Below are positions 12,601 through 26,231 of a stretch of DNA of 64,000 bases, piece after piece. The notes under the pieces were generated by a model, which ran no database searches, had not been told where the DNA came from, and saw only the letters and a program-made list of their open reading frames with translations. Source of the stretch: Eledone cirrhosa (lineage: Eukaryota); contig OZ024741.1 in assembly GCA_964016885.1 (NCBI GenBank), positions 28,644,001 to 28,708,000 on the forward strand. The letters run 5' to 3'. Within the stretch, counting starts at the first letter, position 1. Each line of letters begins with the position of its first letter. A program made the translations under genes and the position numbers.

Positions 12601-14275
12601 AGAAATTAAAAGATGGTTAAAAAAAGCTCCATATATTTTATTATGCGCATTTCGAAAATAACATCATCTTGGGACAAAAATTGTGTTCTCATCAGATAAA
12701 ATAAGGTAGCATGATATGAGGCCTAAAAACACTTGTCAACAAGAAAGTGTCCAGTCTACATATGATACAAATATACGAGTAAGAGAAAAATAGGAAATAT
12801 ATATAAAAAAAAGAAGGAAGAAGGAAAAAAGAAAAAGAAATAGAAGAGAGGAAGAGAGGAAAAAATGGAAAAAAGAAAGAAGGAAAAAGGAAGAAGGAAG
12901 AGAGAGAGAGAGAGAGAGAGGTAGAAAGAGAGAGAGAGAGACTTTTGATCCGGAACGCTGTCAAGATGAAAACAGCTGTGAATAACGGCTAAAAAAATAA
13001 ATTGATGAGGTGTATGTGCGAATATTATAGATGGTATTAAAATATTAGAGGTCTAAAATATAGAAACTGGGTATATTATTTTATATTGGGTTAAAATACT
13101 AAAACTTGGATTAAGAAGCAATAAATTACATACCCTAGATATGGAAGCATTGGAGTATGGGTAAGCGTTGCAGATTTTACGCCAAGAAATTCAGTAATTA
13201 ATGTTTTTGTCTTTTAAGGACCAAATAAGTTCTGAGAGTGCGGTGTTGGTCCTAGAGTTTACATTGACGTCGGGTCTTATAGTGTTATTATTATAACTCT
13301 CATGGTTGGGTGCATATGAGTTATAATTTAATATTTTAGAATTATGTCTTGAGTTAATTTTAGAAATGTTGGAGGTAGTGGAATATGAGAATTTAATGGT
13401 ATGCTTATTGAAGATCTTACTATATATATGTGAAGGGGGGGGGGAGCTGTTAACTAAAACCCTAAAAAATAATTTAGGGATATTATTCATAACTGAAAGA
13501 GAGAAGGGAGCGTTGTACCAAATGATTTTTTATATCTAGGTCTCCTCCTTTTGTTATTGGTATGCTTATAACTAGCTACATTACTATAAGTTCTGCCAAG
13601 ATTAGTTTCCTTAGTGTATCTAATTTTGTCTGGATATCCAGCTCTAGATAACGCATTATTATAATAGTTGGCATTAGCTTCGAAGATATCTTTATTAGAG
13701 GATAAATTAGAAATTCTTTTTTCAACACTTCTGACTATAGCAGTTTTAACATTATTAGGGTGGTTATATTAAAAGTTAACATAAATTAGGTTCTCATTAT
13801 CCTTATGATATGGGTAATATAGGCCGGTATCTAGATTAAGGGATATATCAAGGAAATTTGCTAATTTATCATTATTCTAGAATTTAATTTTTAAGTTAAG
13901 ATGTTTAAATAGTTCAAGTATGTTATTCTTAATAATATTAAAGTTTACTTTGTTGCAATTAGAGACAGTAAAAAGAGCATCATCACGATAAATTCCACCG
14001 CGAAGTTGAGGAATTTTGCGGTTTAAAGAGTTCAAGATGAAAATTCCAACCAAGTCGATCAATTGAGCTGAATCCGACGAAATTGTTCGAAGTATCCGCT
14101 CTTGTCCAATAATCATTGTTAAATTCCAAGATGGTTTTACTTGCGGTGAGAATGATGTTTAATTCATCAGTAGTTATGTCCGAGTATTTTTACGCATATG
14201 AGAGAGCCTTGTTAAGGAGTGAAGAAGAAATGGAAGAGTAATAGCTAGCAATGTCTAGTTGAATAAATTTTAGTT
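12595..14275 (-). mobile_element. Penelope-like element, 5'-truncated and decayed (RT, partial GIY-YIG, 3' region with HHR)
   Basis: LKFIQLDIASYYSSIS..LLNKALSYA..IILTARKT; DSAQLIDLVGIFIL..GGIYRDDAL; KIFNKHTIKFSYS; TALSELIWSLKDKNINY. Confidence 0.85.
12636..12701 (-). ncRNA. Minimal type I hammerhead in the PLE 3' region
   Basis: UUUUAU-CUGAUGA-GAAC..UUUUC-GAAA-UGCGCA-UA-AUAAAA; palindromic GCGC loop 3. Confidence 0.75.
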
Positions 14276-14295
14276 TACATTGACGTCGAGCCCAT

Positions 14296-14740
14296 TGTCA
14301 CAGTGCTAGCGACAGAATGCAACGTCGGCACGTTACGATTCAAGGAAGCACTTTGGATCAAACGCCTAGGACCACAAATAAATAACCGATCCGAGAGAAG
14401 CGAGACGAGGTGGCTGGTGTAAACAAACGAGACAACAGCACACTCACACACACACACACACAGTGGCATTCGAACGATTGTTATTGTGTGTATAGCGCCC
14501 CCACCATCCACCGACCAACAAGCGACCAGGCAGACTACTTACACTGCCAGTTAGAAAGACTGAATATAGGTGGTATAATCGATTGACAGATAGCACCATC
14601 CCACTCCCACAATAAAGAGGAAGTGCCTCGACCTTTGCTTGAATGCACCTATTCGCGCGCAGGCGTGCTCTACAGAATATCTCAGTTATACACAAATGGC
14701 GGACAACAGAGGCTACGTACCGTTCCTTTCCGACAGATAA
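14296..14740 (+). mobile_element. Probable LTR of an LTR retrotransposon with PBS-like sequence
   Basis: TGTCAC... start, AATAAA near 14611, ...TATACA end near 14692, then TGGCGGAC at 14697. Confidence 0.45.
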
Positions 14741-14842
14741 CTTCCATTTCTCCTTCACTCCTTAACAATGCTCTCTCATATGCATAAAAATACTCGGACA
14801 TAACTACTGATGAATTAAACATCATTCTCACCGCAAGGAAAA

Positions 14843-14916
<74 letters not shown>

Positions 14917-15230
14917 CTGAAGACAGCGTGTATATGTATTTCCTCTGATAATTTGTAATATATAGATCTATATGATATACATACCAACACACATATACAT
15001 CCTAGAAACGATCGAAAAATGATGAATTTTTTAATATAAAGAACTTGTTCTTTGTTTTTATTTCATTGTTTTTGTTAATTTATATATATATATATTTATT
15101 TATTATTTATTTATTAGTTATGTAATAAACAACATGAGATAATTATTTCATTTACCAGTGGCTTCTTGAAAGCAACCAATATATATACATATATACATAT
15201 ATACACATATATACATATATATATATACAT

Positions 15231-15269
<39 letters not shown>

Positions 15270-15884
15270 CATACACATACACATACATACATACATACAC
15301 ACATACATACACACATATATAAACACATGCATACGTACTCACATATAAAAGGATACATATGCACACACACAAATAAGGATAAATAATCATAGTAGGCCGT
15401 CACATACAAATTAACAAATGAAAAATAAGGATTAAGAAAACAAAAAAAAAAATATAAAAAAAATTATTAAGTTGACAGCGATACAAGACGGCAAAATTTA
15501 AAATAAAAATAAAAATAATAATAATAAATGACCAAACGCACGTGGTAAGCAAATGCACAAAAAAACACCTAAATATATATATTTATAAAAAATATATATA
15601 TATATACACACACATATATATATGTGTACATACACACACATATATATACATATACACACACACATATACACACACATACGCATACAGATAAATATACAAG
15701 CACACCCCATACATATAAACACAGCATAGACACAAAAGAGTATATAATCCAAATACATATACACGCACACATAAATGCATACAACCACATACACACATAT
15801 AGTATAAAAATTTCTTAAAAATAAAAACATAAATATAAAAACTATAAAGTTACATACACACATACGCATCAGTACGTACACACG

Positions 15885-15968
<84 letters not shown>

Positions 15969-16198
15969 AATATATATATATATACACATTTATATATATA
16001 TGTAAATACATATACATATATATATATACACACATATGCACACCTACACAGTTACACATATATATATATATATAAATATATACACGCACACATATACATA
16101 TATATACACATACACACATACACACATACACACATATACACACACACATATATATATATAAAAGAAATACATACAAATTTATTTTCAAGTTTATGCAT

Positions 16199-16873
16199 AT
16201 ATATAAAAACAAGGTTTAGCAAATAATGAAAAAGTTTCAAAGTAAATTTTAAAAAGTTGACTTTACCTACTATAGTTACCTTTACTATGTTCTGGCTCGT
16301 TAATTTATTAACCTGCCATTGAACCACATTGACATTTGGTTGGACAATACATGCGTCCCTTAGCGCCTTGTGCGTGAAGGAACACATATCCTATTATTAC
16401 TACTCTCCTCTACTGTTGAGACAAATTGGGTCGTTCCGACTGCTGCTAGTGATAGTTGCGGCCGGTTTGACCTACCTCCCTCTGCCTCTATCTTTACTTC
16501 GGCCCTTGAAAAAATTGTTTCTACATCATCCACTCTCATCCCAGGAACAGTTTTGATAGCGCTAGTTCGTAATTTAAATTCAAGAATTTTATATTCTTCG
16601 AATGAAAAGAACCTTCTGACGAGAATCTTTCTTTGCAACGAAGGCCGTATGGTCTCCGTTTATTTTTGGGATTCGAAACCGATCGGTAAAGGTAACTATA
16701 GTAGGTAAAGTCAATTTTTTAAAATTTATTTTGAAACTTTTTCATTATTTGCTAAACCTTGTTTATATATGTTCTGGCTCGTTAATTTATTAACCTGCCA
16801 TTGAACCACACTGGCATTTGGTTGGACAATACATGCGTCCCTTAGCGCCTTGTGCGTGAAGGAACACATATCC

Positions 16874-16879
<6 letters not shown>
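16199..16879 (+). mobile_element. Non-coding HHR element: 482-nt period direct repeat plus inverted 5' segment
   Basis: 16286-16397 repeats at 16768-16879; 16199-16285 is the reverse complement of 16686-16770. Confidence 0.8.
16611..16693 (+). ncRNA. Type I hammerhead ribozyme with canonical core
   Basis: ACCUU-CUGACGA-GAAUCUU..GGGAUUC-GAAA-CCGAUCGG-UA-AAGGU; predicted cut after A16688. Confidence 0.88.
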
Positions 16880-16930
<51 letters not shown>

Positions 16931-16931
16931 T

Positions 16932-16980
<49 letters not shown>

Positions 16981-17740
16981 CACATATATATACATACATA
17001 CATACACAAAATAAAAATAAAGGGAAGGAAGAGGTATTCAAATAGTAGGGAATACGTCAAATAAAAAATAAAGGTATAAATGTTTATAGCTAATTAAGAG
17101 CACTCAACAGTTCAGTTCCTGGAGCAAATAATCAATAAAAGTAAGCATTAAAAAACTCTGTATGTAATTATGCATATACATACAAAACCATACACACACA
17201 CACACAAAACCAACTACATACAAATATATCTACATATACACACACATATATATATACATATATATATATATATACGCACATATATATACATATGTGTATA
17301 TATATACACACACACTAATATACACACACACATAAGTACAAAGGGTTACAACACCACATAAATATAAACACACACACACACACATATATAACCCCCCCCC
17401 CACACATATATGTATATATACACATACATACACATACACATATATATAAAATATTTATAAATACATATACACACATATATATATACATGCACTTAATTAC
17501 ACATATACACGACAACATACATACACGTAAAATTAATATCTAAAAATCAAAAGGGGTGGGTATGTAAAGTGTAAGGTAGAGGAGCTTAGGTGGGAATAAG
17601 GAAAATAAATAACATAAGAAAAAGTTAAAAAATAAGAGGAGATAAGGGAGAAAGAGAAAATAAGGGTACATAAAGTGAGTTCATAAAGTCGTAGTGGATG
17701 TAAGGCGTAAAGAGCAAATAAGAAGTTCAAGGTGATTAAG

Positions 17741-18411
17741 TCATTGTAGCAAAGAAGTTGAAGGTGGTTGAGTCATCGTAGGAATGTCAATCCAGTTACA
17801 GAGCAGATGTGATTTCAGGTGAGGACAACATCTGAAGATCTCGGTCTTGGAGTTAAGGCAAGTTGAAGTGGCTTTCAAATTCTGTAGAATTCTAAATTTT
17901 TCAGTGGTACACAAAGAACAATTCTTTGTGCTCCTTTGGTATTCCATAGAATGGTCTAAAATAGACCAATCGATAGAGTAGGGGATGGTATTATCTTTGA
18001 ATTCCCACACCTTATTAGCGAGGACCGTTGCTGTTCTTTTATCAGAGTGTTTAAAAGAAGCGACATGTGCATAAAACCTGGTGTTGAACCTGTCTTGAGT
18101 CATACCAACATATCGTTCACTCCTGGCTGGCTGGTTTTTAATCAAAGGTGTTACTTTGGCCTCATATACAACGGATTTGGTGTTACATTTGTCCTGTAAT
18201 GGGCATTCTCCCGGCTTTCTGCAACTGCATCCTGGATTTATTCTCGTACTATTAGAGTTGGTGATTTTAGACTTCATAGATGGGCAGCAAGAGTAACTAA
18301 TTTTAACTACATTTCTATTAAATATCTTATATCTATTATTAGCGGGAAAATGCTTATCTAGGAGGTCAAGGAATTTCCTTCCTACATTAGTTTTGACAGT
18401 TAGAGAGAAGG
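17741..18411 (-). pseudogene. PLE C-terminal GIY-YIG endonuclease fragment (left arm of inverted pair)
   Basis: CSCRKPGECPLQDKCNTKSVVYEAKV..YVGMTQDRFNTRFYAH..CSLCTTEK..LNSKTEIFRCCPH. Confidence 0.9.
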
Positions 18412-18499
18412 AAAGATATATACAGTTAGAGAGAATCTAAGATATATACAGTTAGAATCTAAGATATATACAGTTAGAGAGAATCTAAGATATATACAC

Positions 18500-19368
18500 A
18501 AAGAGTCTTGCCATCCCCCTATAGTTTTTAAAAATCTTATTCCCAATATTAGTCGTAGGATTTCTACTTTATCTTCTTCTCTAGACATTTTTAATAAAGC
18601 TGCCCCTTATTATAATTACAGCAGCTTTACAGAACAGATTACATATTTACCTACTCCTCCCCCTAAAACTAATCACAATAATAGGAAAAGGAAAATTATT
18701 TGGTTTACATCCCCCTTCTCTCTAACTGTCAAAACTAATGTAGGAAGGAAATTCCTTGACCTCCTAGATAAGTATTTACCCCTAATCATAGATATTATAA
18801 TATATTTAATAGAAATGTAGTTAAAATTAGTTACTCTTGCTGCCCATCTATGAAGTCTAAAATCACCAACTCTAATCGTACGAGAATAAATCCAGGATGC
18901 AGTTGCAGAAAGCCGGATGAATGCCCATTACAGGGCAAATGTAGCACAAAATCCGTTGTATATGAGGCCAAAGTAACACCTTTGATTAACAACCAGCCAG
19001 CCAGGAGTGAACGATATGTTGGTATGACGCAAGACAGGTTCAAAACCAGGTTTTATGAACATGTCGCTTCTTTTAAACACTCTGATAAAAGAACAGCAAC
19101 GGTCCTCGCTAATAAGGTGTGGGAATTCAAAGATAATAACATCCCGTACGCTATCGATTGGTCTATTTTAGACCATTCTATGGAATACCAAAGGGGCACA
19201 AAGAATTGTTCTTTGTGTACCACTGAAAAATTTAGAATTCTACAGAATTTGAAAGCCACTTCAACTTGCCTTAACTCCAAGACCGAGATCTTCAGATGTT
19301 GTCCTCACCTGAAATCACATCTGCTCTGTAACTGGATTGACATTCCTACGATGACTCAACCACCTTGA
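18500..19368 (+). pseudogene. PLE thumb/linker and GIY-YIG fragment (right arm)
   Basis: RKRKIIWFTSPFSLTVKTNVGRKFL followed by ORF 18850-19368, near-identical to the left arm. Confidence 0.9.
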
Positions 19369-19707
19369 ACGTCTTCTGTGCTACGATGACTTAATCACCT
19401 TGAACTTCTTCTTTGCTCTTTATGCTTTACATCTACTACGACTTTTATTACCCTCTGAACTCACTTTATGTACCCTTATTTTCTCTTTCTCCCTTATCTC
19501 CTCTTATTTTTTAACTTTTTCTTATGTTATTTATTTTCCTTATTCGCAACTACTCACTACTTTACCCTTTACATACCCACCCCTTTTGATTTTTAGATAT
19601 TAATTTTACGTGTATGTATGTTGTTGTGTATATGTGTAATTAAGTGTATGTATATATATATGTGTATATGTATGTATACATTTTTTATATATATGTGTAT
19701 GTGTATG

Positions 19708-19772
<65 letters not shown>

Positions 19773-19878
19773 TTATATGTGTGTGTGTATTTTTATTTAT
19801 GTGATGTTGTAACCCTTTGTACTTATGTGTGTATATTAATGTGTGTGTATATATATATACATATGTATATATATGTGC

Positions 19879-19998
<120 letters not shown>

Positions 19999-20128
19999 GT
20001 GAGGTTTTTTTTACAAAATGAAAAATAACCGAGGTGTCCTACACGAGTGGAAGTATAAAGAAAAAGGGATGAAATCGAAAATGCAACTGAAGTCTTATTT
20101 TTTTTTTAAATATATATATTTATTTGGT

Positions 20129-20170
20129 TCATTTACCGGTTTCGCAGTTCTTCTGCTTTTCAAAAGGTGA
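20129..20170 (-). ncRNA. Minimal hammerhead, U3-A8 core variant
   Basis: UUGAAAA-GCAG AAGAA CUGC-GAAA-CCGG-UA; stem I weak. Confidence 0.6.
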
Positions 20171-20227
20171 GTTGAGATGGAGGGTCTGTGGTTTTTCTGA
20201 GAAAAACCACAGACCCTCCATCTCAAC

Positions 20228-20269
20228 TCACCTTTTGAAAAGCAGAAGAACTGCGAAACCGGTAAATGA
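20228..20269 (+). ncRNA. Minimal hammerhead, U3-A8 core variant (mirror copy)
   Basis: TCACCTT-TTGAAAA-GCAGAAGAACTGC-GAAA-CCGG-TA-AATGA. Confidence 0.6.
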
Positions 20270-20399
20270 ACCAAATAAATATATATATTTAAAAAAAAAA
20301 TAAGACTTCAGTTGCATTTTCGATTTCATCCCTTTTTCTTTATACTTCCACTCGTGTAGGACACCTCGGTTATTATTCATTTTGTAAAGAAAACCTCAC

Positions 20400-20645
<246 letters not shown>

Positions 20646-20751
20646 GCACATATATATACATATGTATATATATATACACACACATTAATATACACACATA
20701 AGTACAAAGGGTTACAACATCACATAAATAAAAATACACACACACATATAA

Positions 20752-20812
<61 letters not shown>

Positions 20813-21121
20813 CATACACATACACATATATATAAAAAATGTATACATACATATACACATATATATATACATACACTTAATTACACATATACACGACAAC
20901 ATACATACACGTAAAATTAATATCTAAAAATCAAAAGGGGTGGGTATGTAAAGGGTAAAGTAGTGATTATTTGCTCCAGGAACTGTTGAGTGCTTTTAAT
21001 CAGCTATAAACATTTATACCTTTATTTTCTATATGTCATACGCCCTACTATTTGAATACCCCTTCCTTCCCTTTATTTTTATTTTGTGCATGTATGTATA
21101 TATATGTGTATATGTATATAT

Positions 21122-21720
21122 GTCAGGTCACCACTTGGTGCTACTGGTAACATGTATCCCAGTACAACCTGTCTCATGGTCGGGTCGTTGGCGACTAAAC
21201 TGGCAACCCCACCAAGGTTTCTTGGTGAGGAGGGTGACTTTGGACATCCTGCAGGACTAAAAACAAAACCTGTCAAAGGGCAAAGGAGCTCTTAAGAGTC
21301 AATGGCCATCCAAAATCACTGGGAGAGATGACCCCTTAGCCTTTGTCAAGGCAGAATTCTAGGAGAAGGAAAACTCTGATATAACACCTGCAACCTTGAT
21401 GGTATCCAATGATGTTGACGTTTTGGTAAATATCATCTTGGTTAAGAGAGTGGGACTGGCTTTGTGCAGTGCCTTTGCTCACTATAAAAGCTTCACGGCA
21501 CAGGCATTGCTTTATATCTGGAGATCTCTCTGCACTTGTCGTCACATGGTACCAAAGGCAAAGCACTATGTGTCAATAATTGTCACAAGTGTAGTGTTTG
21601 TACCAGAGTTTTCAAGTCGCTGGGTGGACTAAAAAGTCACACTCGTTCAGCGCATCGGTAGGGGTTCTCCTACATGGATATAAAGTAGTGGCCGTACTCG
21701 AAAACGAGTTGGCAGCCACC

Positions 21721-21722
<2 letters not shown>
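21122..21722 (+). mobile_element. About 600-bp bipartite non-autonomous RTE derivative, copy 1
   Basis: RTE-like 5'UTR motif GGAGAAGGAAAACTCTGAT; terminal C2H2 [25 protein letters not shown] (21584-21661); (TA)n on both flanks. Confidence 0.7.
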
Positions 21723-21812
<90 letters not shown>

Positions 21813-22016
21813 ATATATGTATATATATATACATAAAATTGAAAATTTCTTTTATATATATATGTGAATATGTGTGTATGTATGTATGTGTGTATATGTA
21901 TATATATGTGTGCGTGTATATATTTTTATATATATATATGTGTGTGTGTATGTGTGTACGTGTGTATATGTGTATATATATATATATGTATATGTATTTA
22001 CATATATATATATATG

Positions 22017-22094
<78 letters not shown>

Positions 22095-22465
22095 CGTGCG
22101 TGTGTACGTACTTATGGGCATGGGTCTCTGTAACTTTATAGTTTTTATATTTATGTTTTTATCTTTAAGAAATTTTTATACTATATGTGTGTATGTGGTT
22201 GTATGCATTTATGTGTGCGTGTATATGTATTTGTATGTATATACTCTTTTGTGTCTGTGCTGTGTTTATATGTATGGGATGTGCTTGTATTTTTTTATGT
22301 ATGCGTATGTGTGTGTGTATATGTGTGTGTGTATATGTATATATATATGTGTGTGTGTATGTACACATATATATATCTGTCTGTGTGTTATATATATATA
22401 TATTTATATATATATATATATATATTTAGTTTTTTTTTGTGCAATGCTTACCCGTGTGTTTGGTC

Positions 22466-22526
<61 letters not shown>

Positions 22527-22528
<2 letters not shown>

Positions 22529-23685
22529 TGCCATGGCTGATGATGCGCAATCATGCGCTGAGGCTGCGACACCTCTGGTGCTTCCTTGATGGTGAACGGG
22601 TGTGGTCGCCGTTCGCCAGGCACGTTTTCCCACAGCTCGTCTCCTTGACGGAGCTGCATTACTGGGTCAGAAAAAGACCGATAGGGCTTGGAAACTGGAA
22701 TGTCTCCAGGCGCTCACTTCCCTCTCCCAGTTGGGCACCAGTATCGGTGGAACATCCACCTCGGCGTTCTATAGAGGACTAGTGGAGGGGAAGAGCGACG
22801 ACATTCTCGGAGAGATCCTAGGCGTCGAAGAAGATCAGCTGTTTGCCCTCTTCCGGAGAACTTTCAGCTCGGGGCCTATGGATAACTTCCAAAAATCCCT
22901 GGCCTGGCAGTGCTACAGGGGAGCGCTGCTGGTTCGAGATAAGCTCTACAGACACGGAAGTGCCGTCAGCCGAGCCTGTCCGAGATGCGCGCAGAGCGAC
23001 GAAACCGTTGTGCACGCACTCGTTCAGTGCCCGAGCATTGCTGACTTGTGGAGCTATGTCGAACAGTTGCTGTCACGTGTGGGACTGATCCGGTTGTCGA
23101 CTGAGTCCATTGTGCTGATGGTCTTGCCGTCTTCCTTCGAGGAGGAAGGGCAGGCTGTTTTCATCTGCCTGGTGGCCATGGCGAAAGAGATTGTGTGGTG
23201 GACAAGGTTAAAAGGGTTAAAGACAAACACTTTCCTCTTCGGCGAATCCCTGATTAACTTTTTCAAGTTTCACTTGAAGAGGAAAATCAGGGTGGAGAGG
23301 CAAGTGCTGCTTTCTAGCAAGTTTGTTGAAAGGTGGGTGAATGTAGCGAGAATGGTCCGAGTGAACGGGACCACTCTGAATATACGTCTGTAGTTTGAGA
23401 GATGGAAAAATTGAGAGAGAGCGCTTGCCCTGGTGGTCAGGGTGGCCGTGGTCTTTTGTGTGGTTTTCGCCACGAGTAACCCTCGGAGGTTTCCCCCCTA
23501 TTGGGGAATTTTTCATTGTTTCAATTTTCATTTTTATTGTTTATATATATATATGTTTTATGTCCTTTTTTTTTCTTTTCTTATATAAATAATAAAAATA
23601 TTTACACGCACAAAACCCACATCGTACCGTCCTGTGCCGTCTGTAATGTTTTTCTTGATGTCAGCCCTTGTGGCCAATAAAGAAA
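22527..23685 (+). pseudogene. L1/Tx1-type LINE 3' end (ORF2 C-terminal zinc finger and 3'UTR) in (TTA)n
   Basis: WQCYRGALLVRDKL..CPRCAQSDETVVHALVQC; frameshift near 22680; ends AATAAAGAAA then (ATT)n. Confidence 0.88.
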
Positions 23686-23962
23686 TCATTATTATTATTT
23701 TTATTATTTTTATTTTTATTTTAAATTTTGCCGTCTTGTATCGCTGTCAACTTAATAATATTTTTTAATATTTTTAATTTTTTAATTTTCTTAATCCTTA
23801 ATTTTTATTTGCTTATTTGTATGTGACGGCCTACTATGATTATTTATCCTTATTTGTGTGTGTGCATATGTATCCTTTTATATGTGAGTCGTATGCATGT
23901 GTGTATATATGTGTGTATGTATGTATGAATGTGTATGTGTATGTATATGTATATATATACAT

Positions 23963-24402
23963 AAGACCTGGGATGAGGTGATAAAAGCCGACCTTACCCA
24001 ATTACACCTCTCAAAGGCGATGGCACACGACCGTGACCTCTGGCGTCACGCGGTAATACAGAGTACCCGACTTCCCATGGGTACAAGCTGAAGCATATAG
24101 ACAATATGCCCCCACACCCTCCCACTGCAAGGTGGTCGTGGAGGTGCCACGGCAAAAAAGCACCCAGCCCACACAGTAAAGTGGACGTGTAGGCGCCACG
24201 GAAAAAGAACCCAGCACTCACTGTAAATGAGGTTGGTGTTAGGAAGGGCATCCAGCTGTAGAAATCAAGCCAAAATCAGTTCCTGTATGAGCAAGGCATG
24301 GTCAGCCGACCAGACACTGCCCACAACAGGACAACCCGTCTAACCCATGCTAGCGTGGAAGTACGGACGTAAAACGGTGATGATGATGATGATGATGATG
24401 AA
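23963..24402 (+). mobile_element. RTE LINE 3' end with (GAT)n tail
   Basis: KTWDEVIKADL..MAHDRDLWRHAV, 3'UTR GTTAGGAAGGGCATCCAGCTGTAGAAA, tail (GAT)n. Confidence 0.8.
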
Positions 24403-24722
24403 GATGATATATATATATATGTGTGTGTGCATGTATATATATATATATATGGGTATATGTATATATATATCACGATAAATTAACGGAACCATAGACTCTC
24501 GCCATTCCCTGTAAATAATGTGCTCAAAGGAGAGGAAATCCTGAGCTCTTTAAAATACAATATGTTGAAAAGGTAACACACCAGAGAGAGATACAGTGCG
24601 CTATCAATAAAACAGGGAAAAACCACCAGTGTATGGAATCTATAACCTATGAAAGGCAGAGTATAGACACGATAATTAAAAATATAAATTAAAGCGTAAA
24701 TAAATACCTCTATAACTATATA

Positions 24723-24804
24723 ACACACGTACAAATCCAAAGAGATCTGTTTCGCCAGTAAGTTGTTGACAGAAATGGAATAACCCCGGTTCTTCAGCGT
24801 GTGT
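24723..24804 (-). ncRNA. Type I hammerhead with 7-bp stems I and III
   Basis: ACACACG-CUGAAGA-ACCGG..CUGGC-GAAA-CAGAUCU CUUU GGAUUUG-UA-CGUGUGU; A-C mismatch at the base of stem II. Confidence 0.75.
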
Positions 24805-25324
24805 AAGGCTATATATTTCAGACAAAACTAAGAGAATTTTAAAATGACTGTCCAGCTACGCGTGGGAGAGAGAAGTCACAGCGTGTTTAAGGGCAGTGAA
24901 CCAGTGGCCTCTGAGGGACGAGCTGCTAGAAAGAGCAGCCCAAAACCACTCAGAGAAGTGTGCTCCACCAAACAGAGAGAGAGGAAAGACTGTTATAAGG
25001 AGCGAAATATCACAATAAATATATATATATATGTGTTGGCGTGTTTATGTATGGATATATATATATATGGATATATATATGTACATGTGTGTGTATATGT
25101 GTCTCTGTATATATATATATATGTGTATATATGCGTGTATATATGTATATATATATGTATGTATATATGTGTGTATATGTGAGTGTGTGTGTGCGTGTGT
25201 ACGTGTGTGTTGTTATATATTGTTATTTATTATTCTCCCCTCCCCTTTTTTTCCTCCATCCTCACTTTCATATCTGTTATATTTTTGTTTTTCAAATCCA
25301 CTGTCAATAAAGACACCAGGATTT

Positions 25325-25384
25325 TTTCATTCTGATGAAGGAAAGCAATTTTGGTTGCTTTCAAGAAACCACTGGTAAATGAAA
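25325..25384 (+). ncRNA. Type I hammerhead
   Basis: UUUCAUU-CUGAUGA-AG GAAAGCAA..UUGCUUUC AA-GAAA-CCACUGG-UA-AAUGAAA; base of stem II mismatched. Confidence 0.7.
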
Positions 25385-25504
25385 TAATTATCTTATGTTG
25401 TTTATTACATAACTAATAAGCTCTGTAACTTACATAGAGAACTCTTTTTTCCTGGACGTTTCCGACGGAATTATTTCATTCATATATATATATATACATA
25501 TATA

Positions 25505-25566
<62 letters not shown>

Positions 25567-25625
25567 TATATAGATAGATAGATAGATAAATATACACACG
25601 TGTGTATGATTGTGTATAGAAGATT

Positions 25626-25973
25626 ATATTAATAAGAGGAATTCCAACTTTGTCTGATTTACTCGTTATATTTACAATCCTTAAAATTTATAATGGTATT
25701 ATAATGAAATGGTATGATAGAATATTAAATGTTAAGTGTTAATTGAACAAGTACTTTCATGTTTTTGCAATCTTCAGGTTCATAATGTGTGGTGACAGTC
25801 AAGTTTGCAATTTTCAACTGTGGATATTTTCACAGTTGAAAAGCATGAAAGTACTTGTTCAATTAACACTTAACATTTAATATTCTATCATACTATTTCA
25901 TTATAATACCATTATAAATTTTAAAGGATTGTAAATAAAACGAGTAAATCAGACAAAGTTGGAATTCCTCTTA

Positions 25974-25980
<7 letters not shown>
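25626..25980. repeat. Fold-back element with about 140-bp arms and a minimal hammerhead at 25744-25782 (-)
   Basis: Arms ATATTAATAAGAGGAATTCCAAC... / ...GTTGGAATTCCTCTTATTAATAT; UGAAC-CUGAAGA-..-GAAA-GUAC-UU-GUUCA. Confidence 0.8.
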
Positions 25981-26032
<52 letters not shown>

Positions 26033-26231
26033 GCAAACATCACGGGCACTCTATCTCAAAATTATTTTTGAAAAGCATTAGAAATGCGCAACCGGTAAAA
26101 ACTTAAAACTAAAACTGAATACTAACCAATACTTATTACTAATTTTTACTTATTCCTAATTAAACTATTTTTCACTGGGAACAATTTGTCAGCATTTTCT
26201 TTTCCTTTTACCAAAATATATATATATATAT

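Noticed and set aside
14741-14846. CTGATGA...GAAA as a hammerhead
   Set aside because: Lies in PLE RT coding sequence; stems I-III do not form.
14913-15020. Hammerhead CUGAAGA..GAAA-CGAUCG
   Set aside because: Counted only as a relic: U16.1 is replaced by A and the base of stem II is mismatched.
21122-21210. HDV-like ribozyme at the 5' end of the RTE derivative
   Set aside because: CTAA and several stems are present, but I could not assemble the nested P1/P1.1/P2/P3 pseudoknot by eye.
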